Assembly: GCA_029263415.1 (NCBI GenBank)
Contig: JAJCXN010000048.1
Location: forward strand, 75,169-139,168
Source: Acidobacteriota bacterium
GTDB lineage: Bacteria; Acidobacteriota; Thermoanaerobaculia; Multivoradales; Multivoraceae
Length of the DNA: 64,000 nucleotides
Direction of reading: 5' to 3'
In this document: positions 36,571-45,856 of the stretch, piece by piece
Layout of the letters: each line of letters opens with the position of its first letter
Numbering within the stretch: position 1 is the stretch's first letter
Notes under the pieces: generated by a model
What the model saw: only the letters and a program-made list of their open reading frames with translations
What the model was told of the DNA's origin: nothing
Databases searched by the model: none
Program-made: the position numbers and the translations under genes

Positions 36571-39500
36571 CTACGGCTCGGGGAGCTTCCGTCCAGGCGT
36601 CCATGGAGCGCCCGCTGCCTCTGCTGCGGCCTCGAATGCCGGTAGCGTCGCGTCGATCATCGTCGACAGGTTGGCGAGCACCAAGGCGAACTCACGTTCC
36701 GCGATCTCGAGGCTCTCTTTGTGGGTGGTCGTCGGTCCTTGCCGGGTGTCCCACTGACTGGCGAGACGACCGGCACGGCCCAGCACCGAAGGCACGGACG
36801 CCTCGTTGAATCGGCCGAGCGTACCGTCGCCCGCGAGGCGAAGCCGCAGCGCCGCGAGTTCGGCCTCGATCTCGGAGAATCGGGTGAAGAGCCGCGACTC
36901 GATTCCTGGCGTGTCGAGGAGCGCCTGTCTCAGGTGCCTTAAGCGGTCGGCGGCGCGACCGATCTCACGAGCCGAGCCTCTCGCCTTGCGCAGCAGTTCG
37001 GCCGTGCGCAGCTGAAACGCAGAGATGGTGGTGGGGTCCCCGGAAGGCAGAGCACCCTCAGCCATCGCCTGCACCTCGAAGGTCTGTGACTCACCGAGCG
37101 GATCGAGACCGTTCGTGGTGAGTACCCCCAACTCCACGCTGTAGCGACCAGGAGCTATCGGCGGCCCCTCTCCAGGAGTGGCCCAGGGCGGAGTGAAACC
37201 GGGGGTCGACAGATCCACGGGATTGGGCGGCGCGCGCCGCAGGTTCCACGCCACTCGGTGCAGTCCCGCCTTAGCTGGACCCTCGAGCGTGCGAACCGCT
37301 TCACCCTGAGAGTCGCGCACGGTCAGGAGAACAAGTGGGGCACGCTCCAGAGCCTCTTCGCGCAGGCGCTGCCACCCCGGAAACGGCACATCAGCACCGT
37401 CTTCGCGCAGCTCCTTCTCGGACTCACGACGCTCTTCTGCGGAGGTCTTGGGTGTCTCAAAGAGGTGGTAGGTCAACAACGCGCCGTGCGGTGGGTTGGC
37501 CGCACTGTAGTCAGTGCTGCCCAGAGACGGGGCGCCCTTCGCCTGGTTCTGCTGGTAGGGCACGAACTGCCAGGCGCTGCGCACTGAGAACAGCGAAGCC
37601 TCTTCATCGAGGGCTCCTTTGGCCATCTCGCGCAGCGGCGTGTAGTCATCGAGCACATACATGCCGCGCCCGAACGTGGCACCAACAAGATCGTTCTCGC
37701 GCCGCTGCAAAGCGATATCGCGAAACGAGATCGTCGGTGCACCGCTCAATCGGTGCCAGGTTGCACCGCCGTCAAGTGAAGTGTGCACACCGTATTCGGC
37801 GCCAAGAAAGAGCAGGTTCTTCTCAACGTGATCCTGCTCGATAGCCCACGCGATCTCTCCTTGGGGCAGGTCGCCCGCGATCGAAGACCACGTGCGCCCG
37901 CGGTCGTGGCTGACAAAAACGTACGGCGTGTAGTCACCGATCTTGTGGGCATCAAGCACTGCAAACACAGTGTCCGGCTCGAGCTGCGAGGCTTCCAGGT
38001 CGTTAACGAATGAGAGTTTGGGAACCCCCTCGATCTCCACCCCGATCTCAACAACGCGCCAGGCAGCACCGCCGTTCTCACTCACTTGGATTCGGCCATC
38101 GTCGGTGCCCGCGTAGAGCAGCCCTTCGACCAGCGGCGACTCCGATATCGCGGTCAGCGTGCCATAAAGCGACATCGCGCCGTTGTCATAGAGGCTGTCG
38201 ACGCTCCATACCCGATCGGCCATCTCAAGCTCGTAGCGATTGCGGTTGCGGGTCAGATCGCCGCTCACCGCTGTCCAGGAGTCACCCCGATCCTCGCTGC
38301 GCCAAAGCCTCTGCGATCCGAAGTAGATCCGGCTTGAGGCATGCGGGGAGATCTGAAGCGGAGCGTCCCAGTTGAAGCGCTCCGGCGGATCGCCGAGCGC
38401 CGGCATAGGCTTGATGTCGACGATTTCGTTGCTACGCCGGTCGTAGCGCACCAGCTCGCCACCCTGGATCTCCATGTAGGCGATGTCAGGGTTGTCCGGG
38501 TCGAACGCGCAGGAGTAGCCGTCGGCTCCCAAGGGCACCGACCAGTCGCGGTTGCGAATGCCTTCGGTGTGGCCAGTGCGCGCTGGGCCGATCAGGGTGC
38601 CGAGATCCTGGGCTCCGCCGAGCACGTTGTAGAACGGCTGCGCGTTGTCGAGGGCGAGCTTGTAGAACTGGCTGATCGGGAGATTGGGAATCTGCCGCCA
38701 CTTGTCGCCGTCGTCGTAGCTCTCGTAGAGCGACGCATCAGTGCCAGCGATCAGATGGTCGGGATCGGACGGGTCGATCCACAGGGCATGGTTGTCGCTG
38801 TGTTTCTCGCGCCCAGTGCCGAGCACGTCGAAGTTGGCACCGCCGTCGCGCGTCACGTTTATGAAGACGTCCATCTGGTAGACGGTGTCAACGTCGTGGG
38901 GCGAGGCTTCGATCTCTTGATAGTAGTGCGGGCCTGTGCCGTTCGAAATGTAGGAGTTACGCTTGGTCCAGCTCTCGCCACGATCGAGCGAGCGGTAGAA
39001 GCCACGTTCCTTTTGGCCAGCTTCGATGGTGGCGTAGACAACATCGGGATCAGCCGGGGATACCGCGAGTCCGATCTTGCCCATATCCCCTCGAGGAAGG
39101 CCGGTCTTTAGATGTCGCCAGCTCTCGCCGCCGTCGGTGGACTTGTGAATGCCCGAGCCCGGCCCGCCGGCGAGCAGCGACCAGACGCTGCGGCGACGTT
39201 GATAGGAGGCGGCGAAAAGAGTGTCGGGGTCGCGTGGGTCGAACTCGACATCGGTCACTCCGGTGTCTGCGTCGATCTCGAGCACCAGCTGCCAGCTCGT
39301 GCCGCCGTTATTGGTCTTGTAAAGCCCGCGTTCTCCGCCCGCCGACCATAGCGGCCCTTCGGCCGCTACGTAGACCACGTCACTGTCGCGCGGATCGACC
39401 AGAATACGGCCGATGTGCTCCGACCCCTCGAGCCCGCGTAACTCCCAGGTAGCGCCACCGTCACGGCTGAGGTATATCCCGGTGCCCCAGGCCACGTGGC

Positions 39501-39891
39501 GGCCACTGACGTTCTCCCCAGTTCCGACCCACACGACATCCGGGTTGGTTGGATCCAGCGCAAGAGTGCCGATCGAGTAGGAGGGCTGATCGTCGAAAAT
39601 CGGAGCCCACGTGATGCCAGCATTGACGGTCTTCCAAACGCCGCCAGAACCCGCTGCTACATACCAAACACTACGATTGTGAGGATGGACCACAATGTCG
39701 GCAATGCGCCCACCCATCAGCGCCGGGCCGATCTCCCGCAGTTCGAGTCCCAGAAGGGCCCGGTCGATCGGAGATGCCTCCTTGCTCGCGGCTGCAGTAG
39801 CGCTTGCTTGCGCGGTCGTGCTTGAGGGCAGCAACGCAAGAATTGCGAGCGAGAGTGCACAGGCCGCACTGGTCCTGGGTTGGCTAGTCAT
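36571..39891 (-). CDS. Secreted VPS10/BNR-repeat beta-propeller protein (glycosyl hydrolase-like)
   Basis: LREIGPALMGGRIADI and many SxDGGxTW Asp-box repeats. Confidence 0.9.
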   Translation of the reverse strand: MTSQPRTSAACALSLAILALLPSSTTAQASATAAASKEASPIDRALLGLELREIGPALMGGRIADIVVHPHNRSVWYVAAGSGGVWKTVNAGITWAPIFDDQPSYSIGTLALDPTNPDVVWVGTGENVSGRHVAWGTGIYLSRDGGATWELRGLEGSEHIGRILVDPRDSDVVYVAAEGPLWSAGGERGLYKTNNGGTSWQLVLEIDADTGVTDVEFDPRDPDTLFAASYQRRRSVWSLLAGGPGSGIHKSTDGGESWRHLKTGLPRGDMGKIGLAVSPADPDVVYATIEAGQKERGFYRSLDRGESWTKRNSYISNGTGPHYYQEIEASPHDVDTVYQMDVFINVTRDGGANFDVLGTGREKHSDNHALWIDPSDPDHLIAGTDASLYESYDDGDKWRQIPNLPISQFYKLALDNAQPFYNVLGGAQDLGTLIGPARTGHTEGIRNRDWSVPLGADGYSCAFDPDNPDIAYMEIQGGELVRYDRRSNEIVDIKPMPALGDPPERFNWDAPLQISPHASSRIYFGSQRLWRSEDRGDSWTAVSGDLTRNRNRYELEMADRVWSVDSLYDNGAMSLYGTLTAISESPLVEGLLYAGTDDGRIQVSENGGAAWRVVEIGVEIEGVPKLSFVNDLEASQLEPDTVFAVLDAHKIGDYTPYVFVSHDRGRTWSSIAGDLPQGEIAWAIEQDHVEKNLLFLGAEYGVHTSLDGGATWHRLSGAPTISFRDIALQRRENDLVGATFGRGMYVLDDYTPLREMAKGALDEEASLFSVRSAWQFVPYQQNQAKGAPSLGSTDYSAANPPHGALLTYHLFETPKTSAEERRESEKELREDGADVPFPGWQRLREEALERAPLVLLTVRDSQGEAVRTLEGPAKAGLHRVAWNLRRAPPNPVDLSTPGFTPPWATPGEGPPIAPGRYSVELGVLTTNGLDPLGESQTFEVQAMAEGALPSGDPTTISAFQLRTAELLRKARGSAREIGRAADRLRHLRQALLDTPGIESRLFTRFSEIEAELAALRLRLAGDGTLGRFNEASVPSVLGRAGRLASQWDTRQGPTTTHKESLEIAEREFALVLANLSTMIDATLPAFEAAAEAAGAPWTPGRKLPEP

Positions 39892-40129
39892 CGAAAGCCT
39901 CCATCTGTGGTCTTTGTGGCGCTACCGATGCTAGCAAGCCAGTCTGACCGCTCCCGTTCCCGGCGAGCATTTGCGTCGGCCGATGGCAATACCTCGAGGA
40001 TCCAGAGTCGCTGTTCGCCGACAGACAGCGCCGCGACCTCTCGTGCCCTCCCAGCTAGGGTGCCACCCTCCTGCAAGACATCGCTCACCACCTTCAGCGG
40101 ACCCTCTCTGCATCTTTGCCTACTCGCAG

Positions 40130-40550
40130 CAGGTCCGAATCGGCCTCGCGCACATCTCGCCGACGTACAAAACCGAGAGCCGGGCGGAAGCCTTCGTCGA
40201 CACTTCGGAGTTCGGCGTCGAAGTTGAAGTGTCGTCCCGAGCGCTCGATTCGTCGTTGGTCACCAAGGCGCCGATCGAGTACCTCCCAAGCTTGCCAGTC
40301 AGGCGGGTACCCACACTCGGATCGAGAATGCGGCGGGTGAAGACGAGGTTGATCGGCGTGTGAAAGAAGTCCGCGTTCTCGAGGAAGAATGGACGGCGCT
40401 CAGGGAAGAAGACCTTGAAACGTTGATTGGCTGTAACCTGAGGTTCGCCGGACTCGATCTGGCTAAAGTCTGGATTGATCGTCGCGTCGAGTACGAAGCG
40501 GTCGTTGAACACCGCCCTTAAATCAGCGCCCCCGTCCCTGGCACCCATAT
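40130..40550 (-). pseudogene. DUF5916-like outer-membrane protein remnant with internal deletion and frameshift
   Basis: DATINPDFSQIE...FFPERRPFFLENADFF...VFTRRI in one frame, then GRHFNFDAELRSVDEGFRPALGFVRRRDVRE in another frame after ~40240. No N- or C-terminus. Confidence 0.75.
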
Positions 40551-40866
40551 CCTCACCAGTTGCCAGCCGACGACAACACGTCATCGCGAAGTCGAAGGCT
40601 ACCTTCCGTGCCTGGATCTTGCCCGATGTGAAACGAGAACCTGGTTCCTCAAGGATCTCTCCTCTAGGTCACGCGACGAGAGACCACGCCTTCGCCAGTC
40701 GTGGAAGCCACATCGGGGAAACACGGAGCAAACGACACACACTAGAAACAGCTCCCTTGGCCTGCTCCGACTCGATGAGCGCCGATCTCATGAGCTTTCC
40801 TTCGCAAAGAAGGCCGCCGTTCCCACTAGGTACACGACATCCCTTTCAAGCCTCGATTCTCACGAC

Positions 40867-41595
40867 TCAGTTGACCGAGAACGAGAGGAGTTCAACCGGG
40901 GTGTTGGTTCCGCTCTCGGGATCGATGATCAAGGAATTGCCGACATCGGCGATGCAGTCAAAGGTGGCGGAATTCGGTACTGAAGACGTCGAGGTGCAAC
41001 CCATGAGGAGGGACACCACACCCGACGTCCAGCCGAGGTCGGCGAGGCTGATCGAGCACTCCACCGCGGTGTCCGGGCCGGCGCACACCGGAAACAGATC
41101 CAGGCCGGCGGTGCTGCTGTTCGCGGCACAGACAACGGAGCTCGCGACTGGCATGTCCATGGCGCAGGCGCTTGCGGACGAGTCGCCGCAAGTGAAGAGC
41201 TGCCCTGATATGAGGTCGACCGGCGAACCCCCGAGAGAGAAACACAGGGCACGATCGACGAACCCGTTCTGGTTCACGTCGACGAGCCAGCAGCCGTCAA
41301 GCGTGTTGGCTCCGGGAACGGTAGCGTCGTCCATGTCGAACCGCAGGTAGGCGGTCGTAGCTGGTTGGCTGGTGTCGAAGTCGCTGGCGATGCAGGCGCC
41401 GGTCGCGTCCTGCTGGTTCGGGAAGTCGTCACAGGCATCGTCGGCGAAGCACGTCTCGTCCAGCCAGTCGGTGAGGTCGGCAGTCGGCGATCCGCCGGCA
41501 TCTATGGTGACGTTGTTGGATTGGCCCCGGCCCGGCGCCACCGCGACACAGAGGATGAGCGACGTTGTGATCAGCGAGGCCATGGTCCGTGACAT
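40867..41595 (-). CDS. Secreted Cys/Asp-rich protein ending TPVELLSFSVN
   Basis: RBS AAGGGAG, signal peptide, about 12 Cys in the mature part, DVNQNG possible Ca-binding loop, PVEL tail. Confidence 0.75.
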   Translation of the reverse strand: MSRTMASLITTSLILCVAVAPGRGQSNNVTIDAGGSPTADLTDWLDETCFADDACDDFPNQQDATGACIASDFDTSQPATTAYLRFDMDDATVPGANTLDGCWLVDVNQNGFVDRALCFSLGGSPVDLISGQLFTCGDSSASACAMDMPVASSVVCAANSSTAGLDLFPVCAGPDTAVECSISLADLGWTSGVVSLLMGCTSTSSVPNSATFDCIADVGNSLIIDPESGTNTPVELLSFSVN

Positions 41596-41914
41596 TTGAC
41601 TTCTCCCTTTCGTGAAGTTTCCCGTTCCGACGATCCAGCCTCCCCGAGGCTGGCTAGGAGCGCTGGGCGCTCCTGCAGATGCTGAAATAGCCGGAACCGG
41701 AGCACCTTCAAAGCTGAATTGGGGTTTGCCCTTCGCCGGCTCCTTGCAACTACGCAATCGCCGTACGGCCCGCCGCTCGACGACAGTGTCGAATTGAGAA
41801 ATTTCCTGTTTAATAATTTTCGCAGAAGTGCACGATATTACAGTTGTCCAAGTTTTACAACTTTTTTGGCTCTCGTGACCTATGCGCGTCGAATTTGCCA
41901 AGTCAAGTAAAAGG

Positions 41915-42562
41915 GCGCCCGCCGACGTGATCGGTGTCGTCGCAACCATGCGCGACTCCTTGTTCGACCAGCAACGCGGACACGTGTACCTCCCGGCAAG
42001 CCGCTACGACATGTTCAATGCTCAAGTTCATGTAGCCACTCACCAGCTGCCAGACCAAGCGCTATTGACAGCGATTCGGGACGCCGCGCACGCGGTCGAT
42101 TCTGCGCTGCCTCTGCTCACGCTCACGACGTTCACAAGCTTCGTCGATCAGAGTGTCGAGGTCTGGACGCTGCGCACAGGCGGCAGGCTCTTTGCCACCT
42201 TTGCCGTTGTTGCGCTCTTGCTGGTGATGGCAGGGGTCTACGGCGTCCAGGCATTCCGGATTGCGCAACGCACGCGCGAAATCGGTCTACGTATGGCCCT
42301 CGGCGCCAATCTTCGAGACACTGTCCGTTTGGTCTTAGTCGACGGACCTCGTGTAGCCGCGGTGGGTACCACGGTGGGAGTAGCTCTCGCAGGGATCGTT
42401 GCCACCCTGCTACGCGCCGTACTGGTGGACGTCAGCCCTCTCGACCCTGTGGTGATCGGGGGTGCGTGGACGACTCACATGCTGGTTGCGTTCGGGGCTT
42501 GCCTGGTACCTGCACAGCGAGCGGGGCGACTGGACCCCTTGATGGCGTTGCGCGACGAGTAA
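41915..42562 (+). pseudogene. C-terminal fragment of a FtsX/MacB-type (ADOP-like) ABC permease
   Basis: Homology begins at DVIGVV; QRTREIGLRMALGA; PAQRAGRLDPLMALRDE. About 600 aa of N-terminus missing compared with the 920-aa neighbour. Confidence 0.8.
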
Positions 42563-42661
42563 AGCTCACTCTCGTGAGTTGAGCCGAGTTGCAACGACTC
42601 CTGGCGTCGCGTACTCATCGGAAGTGCAAGCGAGTCTGCTAAGTGCGACCTTGCTCCGAAC

Positions 42662-45424
42662 TCACTCGGCCCGCAAGTTCTCTGCCGGGTCGGTGAGTGC
42701 GGCTCGACGTGCGGGTAAGAGAGTCGCCGTCATGGACGCGAGCGCAAGCGCCCCTACGCCGATGGCCAAGGCCTCAGGACTCATGGACTCGACTCCAAAC
42801 AGGTAGGCGCTGAGTAGACGAGTGGTGACCCAGGAGCCAAGGAGTCCTAGAACCAGTCCGGCGCCGGTCAGAAGGGCGCCGCGTGACGCCACCAATGTCA
42901 TGACGCCACGAGTGTGTGCGCCGAGAGCGATACGGATGCCGATCTCCTTGCGACGTCGACTGACGAGGTGGGACAGAGTGCCGTACAGGCCGAGCACGGC
43001 GAGGATGGTTGCGACCAAGGAGAAGGACACGAGTAGGGTCGTTCGAAACAGCGGTTCTGCGCGAGTCCGCTGAATGCGTGAATTGAGTGGTGCTAGATCG
43101 GCGGCCGGAGCGATGGGGCTGATGGTGGCCGCTGCCTCACGCACTGCATCGGTTGTGGCCGTTGAGAGCGAGAGGCCTTGGGTCGCCATGCCCATGCCCG
43201 CCCCGTCTTCGTCGCGCCGGAAGGTGATCCAAGCGCGCGGCCAATCTTCCTGAGTGTACGGACGGTAGATCGCCGGCTGGTAGCCGTCTTCTACGCGGTT
43301 GTGCACCACATTACCGAGCACACCGACAATCTCGACAGTGTCGAGTCGGTCATCGTCTCGGCTTAGCCGCAAGCGTTCGCCAACAACGTCGATGTTGCCG
43401 AAATGCTGGGTTGCAAACGTCTCGTTGACCAGCGCGACCTGGGCCGAGCCGGAGCTGTCTGCAGCGCTGAGTCCACGACCTCTGAGTAGTGGAATGCGCG
43501 CTACTTCTGGAAAGTTGGGCGTGATTACGTAGCCGGCAGTGCCTGTTGTCATTTCTTCGAATGACTGCCCCTCGAGCAGAATGGCCGGTGCCCAGTTGGG
43601 ATCCTGAAACGGGAGGTTGGAGCTGGCGGCGACCTGTGTGACTCCAGCCGCTGGGACTGACCCGACCGCCTCGAGCATGGCGTCCCAGCGTCGCCACAGA
43701 TTGCCGACGTCTTGTGGTCCACTCTTGAGAGGCGCTGAAAAGGTCCAGAGCCCTTTCGGTTCGAAGCCAGGGTCGAAGCTGGCGACGTTGAGGAACGACA
43801 CCATCAGGAGGCTGGCACCAACGAGCAACATCACTGCGATCGCGAGCTGGCAGACAACAAGTCCGCTGCGCAGCTGCGACGGGGCCGCCACAGCTTGTGC
43901 CCGGCTCCGCAGCCCTTCGAGGGAGAGGCCCGTTCCGAGTCCCCATGAAGCGAGCACTCCTACCAATAGACCAAGAAGGCTCGACATCAGCAGCGCGAGA
44001 CTCACCACCCGAACATCGAGGGCAACCTCGGCAAGACGCGGCATGCTTTGCGGGCTCAGCCGAACGAAGGCACCGACGCCTAGCCGAGCGAGGCCAACGC
44101 CGATCAGGCCGCCGCATAGGGCTAGGGTCACAGACTCTGTGATCAACAGTAGGCTGAGCCGAGCCCGACCCGCGCCAAGGGCTTGCCGAACCTCGAACTC
44201 CCGGCGACGAGCGAGAGCTCGCACCAACATCAGGTTGGTTGAGTTGAGTAGAGCGACTAGCATCAGCAATCCGGCGGCACCGAAGAACAGGCCGAGCAGA
44301 CGCGCTGCTCCGCCGATGGTTTGGGCTTTCAGGCCGTTGACGCCGACGCCGAAGGCTCGGCCATCGTGGATAACGTTTCCGTCGGGAAACTCTTCTGCGA
44401 GTTCTACGGCGAGTACGTCCATCTCTTCGCGCGCGGTCTCGAGAGTGGCGTGGGGCGCTAGGCGCCCGAGTACGAAGAGCGAACGCATGCCTCGGTTGAG
44501 GTAACGAGGGCTGCCCTCTTTGAGCGGCCACCAGATGTCTGGAGTTTCGTTGCGGATGGCCTCGGGGAGCTTGAAGTCAGGCGCCAACACACCGACGACC
44601 ACTTCCGCCGCCCCGGCCTGACCGGGCTCACCGAGGATCGATGAGTCAGCGCCGTAGCGGTCCCGCCAAATTGAGTAGCTGAGCAGTCGCACCGGAGGGG
44701 CGTTCGCCTCGAAGTCTTCCGCTAGGAATGAGCGGCCAAGATGCATCTTGACGCTCAAGAGTTCTAAGAACCCAGCCGTCACGCTGGCGGCTGAACCGAT
44801 CTCCAAACCGCGGCCAACGTCGGGCAGGAGGGCGCCGCGAGATTCGAGAGCGGCAAGGTGGTCGAAGGACGTGGCTCTTTCTCGCCAGTCGGCGAAGTTC
44901 CGTACAGAGACCCCTGCCAAGCGTCGTAGCCCGGCGGCATCCTTGCGCCAAGGTTGATCCGGAAAAGTGGTACCCAGAGCCATCAGCCGGTCGGCCGCGG
45001 CATAGGGAAGGGGGCGCAGCAGGACGGTGTCGACGACACTAAAAATGGTGGTGGTTGCTCCGATACCTAGACCGAGGGTGAGCAGAACGGCCGACTTGAA
45101 GCCGCGGCGTCGGAAGAGAATGCGTAGGCCTGAGTGGACGTCTTCGAGTGCGTTGTACATAGCGGATTCCCGTGGTTTGATGGGAGCAGCCGCGCGGCCT
45201 CGCGCTGCTCGTGTGGCCGGCCGCCACCAGTAGATCGTGGTGGAGAGGGTGTCGCGGAGGTGGGCTAATGAGGCTCGCAAGGTAGCGTTGGTGGACCTGT
45301 CGATGCTTTCGTCGAGATCACCTCTTAGGCTCTCAGCGCCTTTGCTCTCGCCCAGAGTCCGAGCTAGCCATTGGCAAAGGCGTAAAATCAGTCGCGCTAG
45401 ATACTGTGTGAACCCAGTGTTCAT
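42662..45424 (-). CDS. Acidobacterial duplicated orphan permease (ADOP, MacB/FtsX-type)
   Basis: LTLGLGIGATTTIFSVVDTVLLRPLPY, two FtsX halves (RRREFEVRQALGA, RRKEIGIRIALGA), PARRAALTDP. No ATPase gene nearby. Confidence 0.92.
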   Translation of the reverse strand: MNTGFTQYLARLILRLCQWLARTLGESKGAESLRGDLDESIDRSTNATLRASLAHLRDTLSTTIYWWRPATRAARGRAAAPIKPRESAMYNALEDVHSGLRILFRRRGFKSAVLLTLGLGIGATTTIFSVVDTVLLRPLPYAAADRLMALGTTFPDQPWRKDAAGLRRLAGVSVRNFADWRERATSFDHLAALESRGALLPDVGRGLEIGSAASVTAGFLELLSVKMHLGRSFLAEDFEANAPPVRLLSYSIWRDRYGADSSILGEPGQAGAAEVVVGVLAPDFKLPEAIRNETPDIWWPLKEGSPRYLNRGMRSLFVLGRLAPHATLETAREEMDVLAVELAEEFPDGNVIHDGRAFGVGVNGLKAQTIGGAARLLGLFFGAAGLLMLVALLNSTNLMLVRALARRREFEVRQALGAGRARLSLLLITESVTLALCGGLIGVGLARLGVGAFVRLSPQSMPRLAEVALDVRVVSLALLMSSLLGLLVGVLASWGLGTGLSLEGLRSRAQAVAAPSQLRSGLVVCQLAIAVMLLVGASLLMVSFLNVASFDPGFEPKGLWTFSAPLKSGPQDVGNLWRRWDAMLEAVGSVPAAGVTQVAASSNLPFQDPNWAPAILLEGQSFEEMTTGTAGYVITPNFPEVARIPLLRGRGLSAADSSGSAQVALVNETFATQHFGNIDVVGERLRLSRDDDRLDTVEIVGVLGNVVHNRVEDGYQPAIYRPYTQEDWPRAWITFRRDEDGAGMGMATQGLSLSTATTDAVREAAATISPIAPAADLAPLNSRIQRTRAEPLFRTTLLVSFSLVATILAVLGLYGTLSHLVSRRRKEIGIRIALGAHTRGVMTLVASRGALLTGAGLVLGLLGSWVTTRLLSAYLFGVESMSPEALAIGVGALALASMTATLLPARRAALTDPAENLRAE

Positions 45425-45831
45425 CTTGCTTCTCCTCCGGACTCACTCGTCTCGAGCCGAGAATCCAGTGTACGGAGAGTGTTGAGCAGACCGTTTGACA
45501 TCCGCTGGAAGCGGTCCGCTGCTTGCGCCAGAGCCTGCACTCCACTCGGTTCCAGGCGGATCAGTTTTTTGCGACGGCCACCCCTCTGGGGAGTTGCTTC
45601 GCCAAACCTTGAAGCCACGAGGCCGTGGACCTCGAGACGGTCGAGGACTGTGTACAGCGCGCCCGGAGCAACTCGGCGCCCGGTGCGACTCTCGATCTCG
45701 TCTCGAATTCCCTTGCTGTAGCAGGCGTCGGGACGTTCATTCTGCAGATGAAGAAGAGCAAACAGAACTACCTGCTCGAGTTCACCTAGGGTCTTGATAG
45801 TCGAAGCAGAGGAAGGGTCGGAGTTCGCCAT
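45421..45831 (-). CDS. PadR-family transcriptional regulator
   Basis: LGELEQVVL, GALYTVLDRLE, RGGRRK. Overlaps the ADOP start (ATGA). Confidence 0.92.
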   Translation of the reverse strand: MANSDPSSASTIKTLGELEQVVLFALLHLQNERPDACYSKGIRDEIESRTGRRVAPGALYTVLDRLEVHGLVASRFGEATPQRGGRRKKLIRLEPSGVQALAQAADRFQRMSNGLLNTLRTLDSRLETSESGGEAR

Positions 45832-45835
45832 TTAA

Positions 45836-45848
45836 CCTACAACGTAGG
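45836..45848. promoter_or_regulatory. Palindrome CCTAC-AAC-GTAGG, candidate PadR operator
   Basis: Begins 5 bp upstream of the PadR ATG. Confidence 0.55.
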
Positions 45849-45856
45849 AATCGACT

